A DNA stretch of 64,000 nucleotides from Squalus acanthias (Eukaryota), in contig CM059433.1 in NCBI GenBank assembly GCA_030390025.1, forward strand, positions 3,224,001 through 3,288,000, in the 5' to 3' direction. Below the pieces are notes generated by a model, which was given only the letters and a program-made list of their open reading frames with translations, ran no database searches and was not told the DNA's origin. The stretch's first letter is position 1, and each line of letters begins with the position of its first letter. Made by a program: the position numbers and the translations under genes. Shown piece by piece: positions 24,023 through 35,680 of this stretch.

Positions 24023-24280
24023 AGGGGCCGCCCTGAGAACGGGCGGCACTGTAAAGTTATTAGTTTAAGGTTTTAAGTTTATAGTTCAAGGTTAAGTTTT
24101 AAGTTTATTAGTTCAAGGTTAAGTTTGTAGTGTTTTAACAGATAACGATAAAATGGTGGGAGTTTTAAGGCTAGGTTTTAGAGGAAGTCTATTCAGCAAA
24201 CGTTGAAGTTTACGTGAGGCGAGGTCAGGGGACCCGCTCACCCTTCACAAAAGCCAGAGACTTTTTGCGAGGCTGGCTAC

Positions 24281-24300
24281 CTCATTCTATCTGATCACAG
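24281..24300 (+). promoter_or_regulatory. Putative env splice acceptor
   Basis: CTCATTCTATCTGATCACAG|G, 13 nt upstream of env ATG. Confidence 0.6.
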
Positions 24301-24313
24301 GAACCAAGGAAGG

Positions 24314-26665
24314 ATGGAACGACTTCTAGTATTGCTCGTGGCAACCGGATGTGGATTGGCCTATCGAGGCCACACCAAGGATGTCGTGGTGTTTGGATGT
24401 TCCGGGGACACGGCCCCCATCGCGGTGGATGGGACCGGAAGACGGAAGGCAGAGGGGACCAGCACCTATTTCCACAAGGGAAGGTGGCCAGGATGGCTGG
24501 GAACGAACTCAACGGAGTATTCCAGCACATCGGGGTTCGCCTACAAAGAGACTTCTTTAATGTGCCCCAAAGTACGGATCATCGCACCCAGGATCAGCGT
24601 CACCGTCGGCAAACGGATTTGTTTGACCTGTAGTGGGGATGTCCCATTGAGCCGATGGTGGTGGCTGCGAAAGCTGAGCAAAACTATGAGGAACTCTTCG
24701 GTCGAGTGGGAACGACTGGGTAATAATACCCATCGGACAATTACGGGGACAAACGGACAAGTGAAAGTCTGTTGGGACAAATGGTGGGAACCGGATGAGG
24801 GGATTTATGTTTGTATGTGGGGGTCAAAGTACGTTTGCCCCAAAGGCATCTCCATATTTTTTATTAATCAGTGGCAGGATAACGGACAGGGGATGAGGTG
24901 GGATGCGAGCACCAGGGGGTGCGGAGCCCCATTCTCCCCGATCCCAGTAAATGCCACTGAGCTCATTACGCGCCCACGCAAAGCCCCGCCCACGATTCCG
25001 GTGGTTCTAACTGAGGAAGAAGGGTGCCCTAAAACTAGTAAGGGACCCGGGAACGGTTTGGTACTGGTCCCCACAGACCAGATACTATTTCAGGGGGTAC
25101 ATTACGCGGTGGCCTCGGTGATTTTAAATCTCACTGAGGTACGGTTACCAGAGTGGTGCCCCAAAAAGACGGAACAGTTGTATCAGGTCCTGTTGACCAA
25201 GATGTTCAGACAATTTTACGAGTTTGATTTTGCAGAAATTGATAAGGCAAGTTTGTATACCGCACCGCAGGAAGTTTTGGATCAAGTAGGGAGGCAAAGA
25301 AGGGGTTTGGTGAACGATGCGTTCACTGCTTTTAATACAGGGACATCTGTGGTCAACGCTCTAGACAGTGTGGAGCTGCAGACCCAGATTAATGGTTTAA
25401 AAACACAGTTAAAAGACATTCTAACAGATGAGAATAAAGTGGTAGGGTCAGGTCTGCATGAGGACCAAGCCATGACTCTCCATTTAAAGGAGATCATAGC
25501 AGAGCTGGAGAAACATGCGCGTACGGTAAATGCCCTGATCAGGGAAGATCGGAATGCATCCGATCAAGCTGCGCAGAACGAGGTGTGCGTGCTTTACGGG
25601 GCGTGGTTACTGGGCGAGGGCCGCAGTAATTTGGAGGATTTAAAACAAGGTTTGGTTCCGTCCTGGATAAGTAACAAACACCTGCGGGCGCTCCACCCTT
25701 TCCAGAACGCATTAAGTCCGTGCCAGCTCAGGCTAGCTTCAGAAGCTTACCCAGTCCCCGTGGACTGCGGACGTTCAAACCATACTATTATGGGAATAGT
25801 ATTACGCATGCCGGTTTTGGGCAACACAGCAAAGCCCGCCCCGGTATATCGGGTAGAGAACATTGGTGTCATTCAGGGGGGAGCCCACATTCGTTATGCA
25901 GCGGTTCCACCTTACGTCATCCGCTGGGAGCAAACGATGACAGGTACAGATCTCTCTGGTTGTCGTGGCAGGGGAGCACACATAATACTGTGCCCCCAGC
26001 ACTTGAATGCCTTTTTAACACCACAGTGCGGGTTCAGAACGGCTGGCGCCAAGTCCATGAATTGCACCATGGAGGCAATGGCACAAGATCATGTGCCTCC
26101 GCAGGTAGCATACATCGGGGGTGGAACATATTGTGTTACCACTGCAGCGCAACACTACCAGCATGGAAACCGTAGCCGGTGTCCGGTGAGTGACAGCAGT
26201 TTCTGTTTTAAACCCAGGGCTGAAGTTCAAGTAGCACAACAGCGAATTATCCCAATCCCTGAACCTTCCACTGTTCATCTCACAGTAAAAGAGAATTTCA
26301 CCGACTTGCAGCGATTTGTCGCGCATTTTGGATACCTCATTCCCCCTCTCCCTGAGCATTTAACCAAACTTCTGAAAGCCGTCGCGGTATCACAGAAGCA
26401 TTTCTATACGTTAGAGCAGAAAACTGTCGAGATAGGAACAGACATTTTGGACATAGTGGTTCCACCGTGGTGGAATCTGTTCACGAATATTGAAGTGCCT
26501 TCATGGGTCAGAATAGCCTCCCACATTTTAGTCGTCTGTCAAGTGTTTATTGTAGTGTACCTATTGTTCATACATTGTAAAAGAGACAAGCGCCTCACCA
26601 AGCATGAGAACACGGGAGAGTGGCGAGAACGTTACGTGCGCGTGCACGATGAGAGCACCGTGTAA
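24314..26665 (+). CDS. env: Env glycoprotein, 783 aa: signal peptide, Ig-like domain, furin site, fusion peptide/HR1, Cys-rich F-like domain, TM
   Basis: MERLLVLLVATGCGLA signal; CLTC...W...DEGIYVC; RQRR/GLVNDAFTAF at 25292-25303; many N-x-S/T; TM ILVVCQVFIVVYLLFI near 26525-26575. Confidence 0.9.
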   Translation: MERLLVLLVATGCGLAYRGHTKDVVVFGCSGDTAPIAVDGTGRRKAEGTSTYFHKGRWPGWLGTNSTEYSSTSGFAYKETSLMCPKVRIIAPRISVTVGKRICLTCSGDVPLSRWWWLRKLSKTMRNSSVEWERLGNNTHRTITGTNGQVKVCWDKWWEPDEGIYVCMWGSKYVCPKGISIFFINQWQDNGQGMRWDASTRGCGAPFSPIPVNATELITRPRKAPPTIPVVLTEEEGCPKTSKGPGNGLVLVPTDQILFQGVHYAVASVILNLTEVRLPEWCPKKTEQLYQVLLTKMFRQFYEFDFAEIDKASLYTAPQEVLDQVGRQRRGLVNDAFTAFNTGTSVVNALDSVELQTQINGLKTQLKDILTDENKVVGSGLHEDQAMTLHLKEIIAELEKHARTVNALIREDRNASDQAAQNEVCVLYGAWLLGEGRSNLEDLKQGLVPSWISNKHLRALHPFQNALSPCQLRLASEAYPVPVDCGRSNHTIMGIVLRMPVLGNTAKPAPVYRVENIGVIQGGAHIRYAAVPPYVIRWEQTMTGTDLSGCRGRGAHIILCPQHLNAFLTPQCGFRTAGAKSMNCTMEAMAQDHVPPQVAYIGGGTYCVTTAAQHYQHGNRSRCPVSDSSFCFKPRAEVQVAQQRIIPIPEPSTVHLTVKENFTDLQRFVAHFGYLIPPLPEHLTKLLKAVAVSQKHFYTLEQKTVEIGTDILDIVVPPWWNLFTNIEVPSWVRIASHILVVCQVFIVVYLLFIHCKRDKRLTKHENTGEWRERYVRVHDESTV

Positions 26666-27073
26666 TAGGAAAATGGCGTCACTCCCGCTCGCCACGTGCG
26701 CCGCGGAAGTTTGTACTCATTGTAAATACGTTGGAAACTCGATATGTTTAAGAGTTGGGATTTGTTTATTTTGGTGATGGTGTTGATTGTTTGGTTTTGG
26801 GTTTTGTTTTTCCTTTCCCTGAATAAAAGACAAATGTACAGGTGATGCGTGAGGTATCGGCCTGGTTACGCCGGAAAGGAAAACAAGTGGTGTAAGTTTA
26901 AGGGCAAATGATGCCTACGGTGATATAAAATGTGATTTTCTTGGGAAATAAGGACGACACAGAGACCCTAGTCAAGTTAAAATTTATGGGATTAATTTAC
27001 TGGATTCGGAGTGAAATCGAGATAAGATTGCTCACCACTGAGTTTTTGATACGATAAGCGGAGTTATTCGCAT

Positions 27074-27086
27074 CAACAGGAGGGAC
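27074..27086 (+). promoter_or_regulatory. Polypurine tract
   Basis: CAACAGGAGGGAC directly before the 3' LTR TGTA. Confidence 0.7.
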
Positions 27087-28748
27087 TGTAGAATTCGCAA
27101 TTATCGCGATTTGTTTAATAAGGAGAAAACACAAAGTTTCGTTCAAACAGCTTTTATTTCAGCAGAATGCTGTCAGGTTTAAATTGGACACAAGCAGCCT
27201 GTAAAATGGCCGCCGCACCTCGTGACAGAACATTCTAGACTTTTCAACAGGCAGACAAGATGGCGTTCCAATAAACATTTTTGCAAGATCGATAACGATT
27301 CAGCACAGTGAAGATAATACCCGAGACATTATGGGTTTACAGTATAAACATAGTTACTGGAATCGGTCTCCCAGGTACAAAGGAAAGCCATTGCACCGAG
27401 TAATTAAGGGCCCATCCAAAAGACATTAATATGCAAACTCCCAACGGCTCTACGATGAGAGAGCCGTTAGCAGGTAGTTATACAGGACACTTGGAAGCCC
27501 CAAACCCCTCCAGGGAGAACACCGACCGATTTAACAATGGGAGAAGTATTAACAGGTACTCAAACATTCATGAGTAGCCCCGAAACCCATTAAGGACGGA
27601 GATCACCCATACAAGACATTTGGGCGCCAAACCCTAAACAAAAGAATGGACATTATAGTTGGGCGGGAAACGGAAGATTTTTGCACTATAATTGCAGGCC
27701 CCAAACCGTCCATTCGCTCTCTTGACTCTTGTTCTTGCTCCTGCATTCGCTCGCTTGCTCCTGTGTTTTATCCGGTCGATTCGTAACCTCGTGGCTGCTC
27801 CTGTGTAAAAGACTGTTGAACTTTCTGATCCGTTCGGATCTACCTCGTGTCGCGTAACGAAGACCTATGTTGGTAACTGGCAGCGGAACCAAAGGCCCGA
27901 GATGAGATGAGATGAGATGAGATGAGAGGAGAAGAGAAGAAGACCATATCCATCGCCACGGTCAGTAAATCCCGACCGCGCCTGTAGGTCGATCAGCCAA
28001 GTCTTCTCGACAGGAAGTTTTCTTCTTTAAACTTCTAACAAGACATATTGCATCAATGATAACTGGACTGTGCAAACACATCGTATCAGTGATATTGACA
28101 ACGGTGCTCCTCAACTAAACTGTGAAGTCAACCAACAGAGGTCTTCACTACAGCAGACGGTCCAGCCTACTAGCCCGAGCAGCAGAAGCCAGTAAACAAG
28201 TGGGACCAGGAGATCTCCTGACCGACACGTGGGTGCTGCGGTGAAAAACATCCGATCAGCTATTCGGGATTTCTCCGAGTTATTACGAGTGGTGAGCATG
28301 AGTCTCGAGATCCTACGAAGCTAGTTTAGGATAGATGTTGATAGGGGAGGGTTTAAAGATTAAGGATATTTGTAATGTGTGCCCTATTTACGTTGTGCCG
28401 TTCGTTCCTCGTTTCCCTAAGAGTGATTATAACCGTTTGTAAGATTGTACCGTCATTAATCTGTGCGTATGACATGTATTTCATAATTTTAAGTATCATG
28501 CAATAAAGATTTTCCATTTCGTACCGTTCAAACCAAGTCTACATGAGTTTTATCTCCATTACTGCTCTCGCATCTAAGTCCAGTGTCTAGAACCGTAAGG
28601 GAGAGTGATTCGAACCACTCACAGGTGGGTCTAGTGTTCCCAGACTGGCTGGAGACCAGGCCTAGACCCGCACTGACATACAGGCTGCACAGAGCCGCGT
28701 GAATCTCACAGGCTACGAGACACGCAGGGTCAGGGAGAATCCCTTACA
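27087..28748 (+). repeat. 3' LTR (1662 bp)
   Basis: Same length and identical ORF-track translations as the 5' LTR. Confidence 0.96.
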
Positions 28749-28813
28749 GGAGTGGGACTTGAACCCACAACCTTCTGACTCAGAGGCAAGTGTGCTACCC
28801 ACTGAGCCACAGC
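28749..28813 (-). mobile_element. tRNA-derived head of the interrupted Deu-SINE
   Basis: Minus strand GCTGTGGCTCAGTGGGTAGC...GGGTTCAAGTCCCACTCC. Confidence 0.85.
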
Positions 28814-31566
28814 CGACACTGACATTGAATAAATGCAATAATGAATCAGTTTTTGTCTTGTGAATATCATATCACTGCTGCTTGGGATTATTGCAGGTAT
28901 ATGTTGCAGAAGGTTTCACTTCACAAGTTAACACGATGTGCTGAGGTTAGATTCCCAATGAAAGGAAGTATATCGTTGTACTGAAGTCTTTCATATTTAA
29001 AATATATGTAAGCCTTCTGGGAGAAATTATTTTTGTCTCAAATGAAAGATTTACAGTAAGCTCCAAAATGCTGGAAACCCCATGGGTGCAGGAGGTCTTA
29101 ACTACCAACGGAGAGGATTTTGCTGTAATGTTGTCAGTACCATTGTTAGTACAGTATTTTTTTGTTAGACTATTTTCCATGTTTCTGAAATTCTTATTAA
29201 AATATTAACTTTTGGGGAAAAAGTTGTGGCCATTTGCAAGTTTTTTTGCAAAGTACGTCAATATCACGATAGAGATGGCACCAGATGCAAGGCAGGGAAA
29301 TCAACAGGGCCCAGACTATTCCGAAGACGTTGGGACACCGACTTGTCAATAACTCAGCAAGTCAACAGGACAGAACCTTTTCATCTGCAGCAAAGATACT
29401 TGCAGCAACCTTGATACGCCGGGGCACCAGTCTCGGTGGTTGACAGGTCACCACTGAACTCAGTTGTTATGTCTGTAGATCTATCCCAGCTAGCACTGCA
29501 ACATCAGGTATTATGAAAGTGATCTGATGCGTAGGCCAGTGTCACCAGCACTATTATCCTCTTTTCCACTGAACACCGTGGGATCGATTTTGACCTTCGG
29601 GCAACCAACCGACACCCTGTTAACACCGACGATGCAGCTGGGGCCATTTTGAAAGCGGCCGAACGCTGGGTGCCCGAAGCACCTGCCTTTTTCAGGAGGT
29701 CCGCCCATTTCAATGTGAAAATTGCCATTTTGGGTTGGAAAGGGTTGGAGCGTGTGATATGCAAGCTCCGACCATTTCCATAGAACTGAAGAGGTTCAGC
29801 CAAGGTAAGTTGTTTAGCAGGAGTGCTCATCCAGGGCCCACAAGAATAATCTGGCTTGCTGCCACCTTGGGCAACATTTTGCGTCTTGACTGTGTGCCCT
29901 GCCATGGGTATACAGGAGATGCAATGAAGAAGGTGGCGTGCCCAAGTAATAAATGCATATGCCATCCAACCAGTACACAGCAAAGTCTTACGTAGGATTA
30001 TTTAAAGTGTGTTTTCTTCTTCCTCATCTGTTTCCAGGTACTGTAGAGAGTTCAGCCACCAGCTTCCACCAGCATGATGATTGCAGTCACCTGGGGAGCA
30101 TGCCCTTGCAATGCCAGGCACAGCAAGCCTGCTTGCACCCACCTCACTAGCCTGTATGTTTTCTCCATCAGCCATCAAGGAGGGGATTCACGTTGCACTG
30201 CTCCACCACCTCATCATTGGATTGGCCTTTATTTTTGCCTGTCACTTCTTACCCCCCCCGAATCAGCCATTGGAATTCAGCAAGATCAGCGGGTCACCCC
30301 ACCAGGGCAGGTGTGCACGGGAACACCACGATCACAGTTACTTTTTCTCCCGGATTGGAGACTGATCCCTTACGTTTTCCCTCTCTAATAAAAGTGATGC
30401 AGTATTCGGTATACCTGAAGCTTGTTATAGCAAGTCCGTGTCCCATTGCACATTTAATCTAACACCTTCTTTTCATAAGGCTCAGATACTGCTCTTGACC
30501 TGTCAGCTTCTTGGGGACTAAAAAACCTTTTGTTTTGAAGCCATCAGTCAGCTTTTGCAAGTTTCCCAGATTGGCACATCGGGTTAATGCTGCTCTTTGA
30601 TCGTGTGTCGGGAGGTGCACTTTCTGCAGATTAAGATGCACCTGTCAGTCTCTCCTCGCCCCAGCTCATGAGAAGCCCCACAAACCTTCAGGCATTTTTA
30701 TCACAGATTTCACCCATCATGGGTAAAACTCATGGCTTAGATTTCCAGATAAACCCAGGACGAATGCAATGACGTTTAAATTGTGACTTATGGGGGTAAA
30801 CTTTCAACTTACTGCCCGGGCGTAAAACCCGGGCATTGTGAGTCAACCGCCCGTTATGGCAACGGACCCAATATACAAATCCCTTCAAATCAATAGAAAT
30901 GAAAATCGGAAGGTTTCTATAACAAGTGGCCAACATGCAACGTCGGTTTGATGCCCAGCCGGTGAGTTGAAAATCTACCCCATGAGCTTGAAATAAGTCA
31001 CATACATTGGTAATCGAAGACTTGAAGCAGGTATTGGAGACAGGCAACACATTTGTAACGAGGACAACTGCTCTTGGCGATTTTAATGATGAGGTGGGAG
31101 GGGGGGTGGGGGATGGCGTGAGCCCGATAGCAGGCAACGAACCCGGCAAGGTTGGCGACATGGAGGCCCTCCCGATCTTAACAGGAGGGCCTCATTTGAA
31201 TAGACCTTTCCAGAGCCTCTCCCAACAGCCGACCCAGGAGCGGGCATCTGGCGACAGGAGGCCGCAGCCGTGGGAAGGGTCCCCGGCAGTCAGTGGAGGG
31301 ACGGCTCTGGCCGTTGGGATGGGGGTATCCTGGCACAAGGGAGGCCCAAGGCTTCCTTCTCAGGCAAGGACAAGCACTCCTGCTCCTCCTAGACGACAAG
31401 GAAACCCCCCCAAAAATCTTTAAAACTTACCTTTGGAACTCTTCTGGTCCAGGATCCAGCTCCTAACAGGATTGCCTGACGGTGAAGCCGTCACTGTTTC
31501 CCCACTCAGGCCTTCAACTAAAATTACAGATCGGGTCCTGATGACATCATCAAACACTATCTGCAA

Positions 31567-32080
31567 TTTTTTTATTCGTTCCTGGGATGTGGGCATCGCT
31601 GGCAAGGCCAGCATTTATTGCCCATCCCTTTAGAAGGTGGTGGTGAGTCGCCTTCTTGAACCGCTGCAGTCCGTGTGGTGAAGGTGCTCCCACAGTGCTG
31701 TTAGGGAGGGAGATCCAGAATTTTGACCCAGCGACGATGAAGGAACGGCGATATACTTCTAAGTCAGGATGGTGTGTGACTTGGAGGGGAACTTGGAGGT
31801 GGTGGTGTTCCCATGCGCCTGCTGCCCTTGTCCTTCTAGGTGGAAGAGGTCGCGAGTTTGGGAGGTGCTGCCGAAGAAGCCTTGGCAAGTTGCTGCAGTG
31901 CATCTTGTAAATGGTACACACTGCAGCCACGGTACGCCGGTGGTGGAAGGAGTGAATGTTTAAGGTGGTGGATGGGGTGCCAATCAAACGAGCTGCTTGT
32001 TCCTGGATGGTGTCGAGCTTCTTGAGTGTTGTTGGAGCTGCATTCATCCAGGCAAGTGGAGAGTATTCCATCACACTCCT
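31567..32080 (-). mobile_element. CR1/L2-clade LINE 3' end (LF-SINE-type tail)
   Basis: VRSVMEYSPLAW-type text, TLNIHSFHHRRTVAAVC; tail GGGCAATAAATGCTGGCCTTGCCAGCGATGCCCACATCCC. Confidence 0.8.
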
Positions 32081-32875
32081 GTTATACACTTTGGTGGCAA
32101 AAACAGGAAGACAGATTATTACGGCAATAGATTGGGAAAAGGGGAAGTGCAACGAGATCTGGGAGTCCTTGTGCACCAGTCACTGAAGGTAGGCATGCAG
32201 GTGCAGCAGGCGGTTAAGAAGGCAAATGGTATGTTGGCCTTCATAGCGAGAGGATTCGAGTACAGGAGCAAGGATGTCTTGCTGCAGTTGTACAAGGCCT
32301 TGGTGAGACCACACCTTGAGTATTGTGTGCAGTTTTGGTCGCCTTATCTGAGGAAGGATGCTCTTGCCATGGAGGGAGTGCAGCGAAGATTTACCAGACT
32401 GATACCTGGGATGGCAGGAATGACGTATGAAGAGAGATTGGGTCGATTAGGCTTATATTCGCTAGAGTTTCAAAGAATGAGAGGGGATCTCATTGAAACT
32501 TATAAAATTCTAACAGGACTAGACAGACTAGATGCAGGAAGGATGTTCCCGATGGCGGGGGAGTCCAGAACCAGAGGTCACAGTCTAAGGATAAGGGGTA
32601 AGCCATTTAGGACTGAGATGAGGAGGAATTTCTTCACCCAGAGAGTGGTGAACCTGTGGAATTCTCCACCACAGAAGGCAGTTAAGGCCAATTCATTAAA
32701 TATATTCAAGAAGGAGATAGATATATTTCTTAAGGCTAAAGGGATCAAGGGATATGGGGAGAAAGCAGGGACAGGGTACTGAATTTGGATGATCAGCCAT
32801 GATCTCATTAAATGGCGGAGCAGGCTCGAGGGGCCGAATGGCCTACTCCTGCTCCTGTCTTCTATGTTTCTATGA
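32081..32875 (+). mobile_element. CR1 LINE 3' fragment
   Basis: ORF 31997-32782 with [19 protein letters not shown] and FFTQRVVNLWNS; CR1 tail. Confidence 0.9.
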
Positions 32876-34420
32876 ATCTATTTTCTGTGTGTATAATTCA
32901 CAAAGCGCCGAAAGACATAAAATGTAGTCTACCACACAAAATAAATTGATAGCATCCTGAAGGTAAGTTATTTAAATTTAAATTGAAATTTAGATGTAGA
33001 TTTGTTCCAATAAAATGGTTCCAAGTCTCCAGGGCAATGCTGACTGTGATCCGGTTACAAAGCTAATATACCCCTCACTTTTTCTGTCTTCTCCGTAATC
33101 AACTATGAATTAAATAAAAGTTGGATGAATATGACCATAATTATTTATTATTTTGTATTGCTGCAGTATTCTGACAGTTGACATTGGTGCTGATAATCAT
33201 TACTGACAAAAAATTGCATACAAAACTGAATGTTCAACTAAACAGTATAAATTATTTTTAGAAATAGCAAACATTATAGGGCGACTTTAACTCTGGCAAA
33301 AAGCGAATGCGCAAGCAGTTAAAATCACTTGGGTGACTTACCTGCCGACGTACCGCTCCCTTACCGCAGTCTACTTTAACCTGCTCTTCTGAACAGGCAG
33401 CAAGGACACCCACTGGAGACCGACAGGGTCCTGCTTTCAATATGCAGATTGGGATCCGATGACATTTTAACCAGTTGGCCCGAGCGGGGAAGCAGTTGAG
33501 AGAACCTCGCGGGAAGAGAGGCGGGGTCAGAGGAGGCCTCAACAGGATAGTGTTTAAACTTTGCTTGTGGGGCCAGGAGGAGCATAAGAGGAAAGTTTAG
33601 GCTCCACTGCCCCGGGCTCCCCACGCCTTCCCAAAACACGAGTCTCTCCCAGAACCCGCTCCCTGCCACTTACCTGAGTGCCGAGGACCATTCCCTCAGT
33701 GCCCGGCTGCGGCCTCCTGCCACCTGCCATTGCGTTCCAGTCCACCGGCCAGCTGCCTCTTCCGCTCGGTTTCATAGCGGGCAACTGACTGGGCCATGCA
33801 GGTGAGGCCGAGGAGTTAAAATCAGCCAGGAATTACCGATGTCAAGACTCATTGCCGCCCGGTCTGAGTTAAAATCAGACCTTTTGTTAATATCTGTGCC
33901 ACCTAGACACAGGATGGCATGAAATGTTAGAACTCTGCCATTTCATGTCTGAGCTTGGGTTCATTCCAGTTTCTCCACTACTTGTGAGGGATTTAAATGA
34001 ATTGTATATAGAGCTCAGAGTCCTAGTGGATGAGATTCTACAAAAAAAGCTCAACATTTGGTATTAATTGGCATTAAACTAGCAGTGAAGCTGCATGGAT
34101 TGCTGATGTCGGTCGTAAATATCCCACTGCTGCAGTCAGGGCTACTATTTCGACCTTGGGTGTATTTTTGGGCAGATTAATGGGAGCATTAATCTGTATC
34201 TAACCTGTAATATGCTGATGTTGACACCGGGTATAACGTTGAACAATATTGACCTATCTCAAATTGATAATCATGAGATTCACTAAATTATTTTTAAAGA
34301 ATGATATTCAGATTGCTTGTAAATTCCGCAGTTACCTCAGACAGTAACAGCAAGGAAACTTTTGGTTGTACTAGCACCATATTTGGATATCGGTGATAAT
34401 TCAGGAAACTAAAAGCACCA

Positions 34421-35142
34421 AATCCCTACGGGTGTGTACGGGCTGTGTACACACCCGTAGGGGCCGCGCAAGTGCCGGTTTCAGGTGTGTGAAGCGCATG
34501 CACTGAAAACCGGCACTTCCGATCTGTGAAGAATCCTCTTGACAGATCGGACGCCTGCCCTGGAGAAGGGCCTCTGTGGGGGGGAGAGTTCCGCTTTCTG
34601 CAGAACCTCCGCCCGCAGAAAACCCTTAAAAATCTTACGCCTGGTAAAAGCACGCGTACAGCCAACTTTTACCAGCATAAGAGTTTAAAAAAGTAAAAAA
34701 ATATATTTTTTTCCCACTCATTTATAATTTAAAAATACTTTAAAAAAGGTAAGTTTATTTTTAGCCCCGTATTTTTTGTTTAAAATATTTAATTTAATGT
34801 AATTTTAACTAATTTTATAAATGTGATTTAAAAAAATGTATTTAATGTTTTGATGTGTTTTTGGAGTGATCCCCATTCATACTTTTGACGGGTCTAAGCG
34901 GAGAGACCTGTCAAAAGTGTGAAGGGGGATTCCCTTCTTTCATTGGTTCCCCATGGCCCACGTGATCCCAGGGACGCTTGCGAACCGCCTGCGCCCCTGC
35001 GATACGTGGGCCCTGCGCATTTTGTAGAACAGAGGCCCAGGAGTGGAAATGGCCGGACCTCTGGAGCCCTCAGGTAAGGGCGTAGAGCTTTTCCAGACCG
35101 GAGGCCTCCGCACGCAGGAAGCCTCCGATCGGAAAATACGGG
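34421..35142. mobile_element. Harbinger-type MITE, same family as 59925-60678
   Basis: Colinear with 59925-60678 over most of its length. Confidence 0.7.
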
Positions 35143-35239
35143 AGTTAAATCAATAGGACTGGATCACATTTTAAAGTCTTTCAGTCGGCAAATCTCTGTC
35201 AAACCAGGTTTTATTACTATCCTCAGGCCAAACAGTGCC

Positions 35240-35565
35240 AATGGTATCCTGGTGGTTATGGTACTGGATTAGCGACCTAGAGGTTGAAAGTTTAAATTTC
35301 ATTATGGCAAGTTGTGAATTTGAATTCATAAATCTAGTATTTATGGGCTGGGAGTAAATGATTATGAAAGCTGTTGTAAAGGCCCAGCTGGATCACTGAT
35401 GTCCTTTCGGGAAGGGAACCTGCAGCTCCTATCTGGTGAGACCGCCCTGCGAATCCAGCCCCACACTATGTGGTTAACTCTTCAATTGCTCAGGGCAACT
35501 GGGGATTGGCAATAAATGCTGCTTTGCCAATGTTGTCCATATGCCAAAAACAAATTTAAAAAAAG
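35240..35565 (+). mobile_element. Decayed LF-SINE-like element
   Basis: CACTGATGTCCTTTCGGGAAGGGAACCTGC core and GGCAATAAATGCTG tail. Confidence 0.55.
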
Positions 35566-35680
35566 ACCAAACATAGTGGCCTTGAAATTCTACAGTAAGA
35601 TACTAACGTTAGTATACTTAATACGTTTGAAATTTCTCTATTAACAGCGAAGGTGTTAACCATTTAAAATGAATGGATTA

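Larger units (their letters stand above)
19363..28748 (+). mobile_element. Full-length pol-less endogenous retrovirus-like LTR element (LTR-gag-ORF2-env-LTR), lokiretrovirus-like Env
   Basis: Paired 1662-bp LTRs, TSD GGAG (19359-19362 / 28749-28752), PBS, PPT, three open frames, no Pol motifs. Confidence 0.93.
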
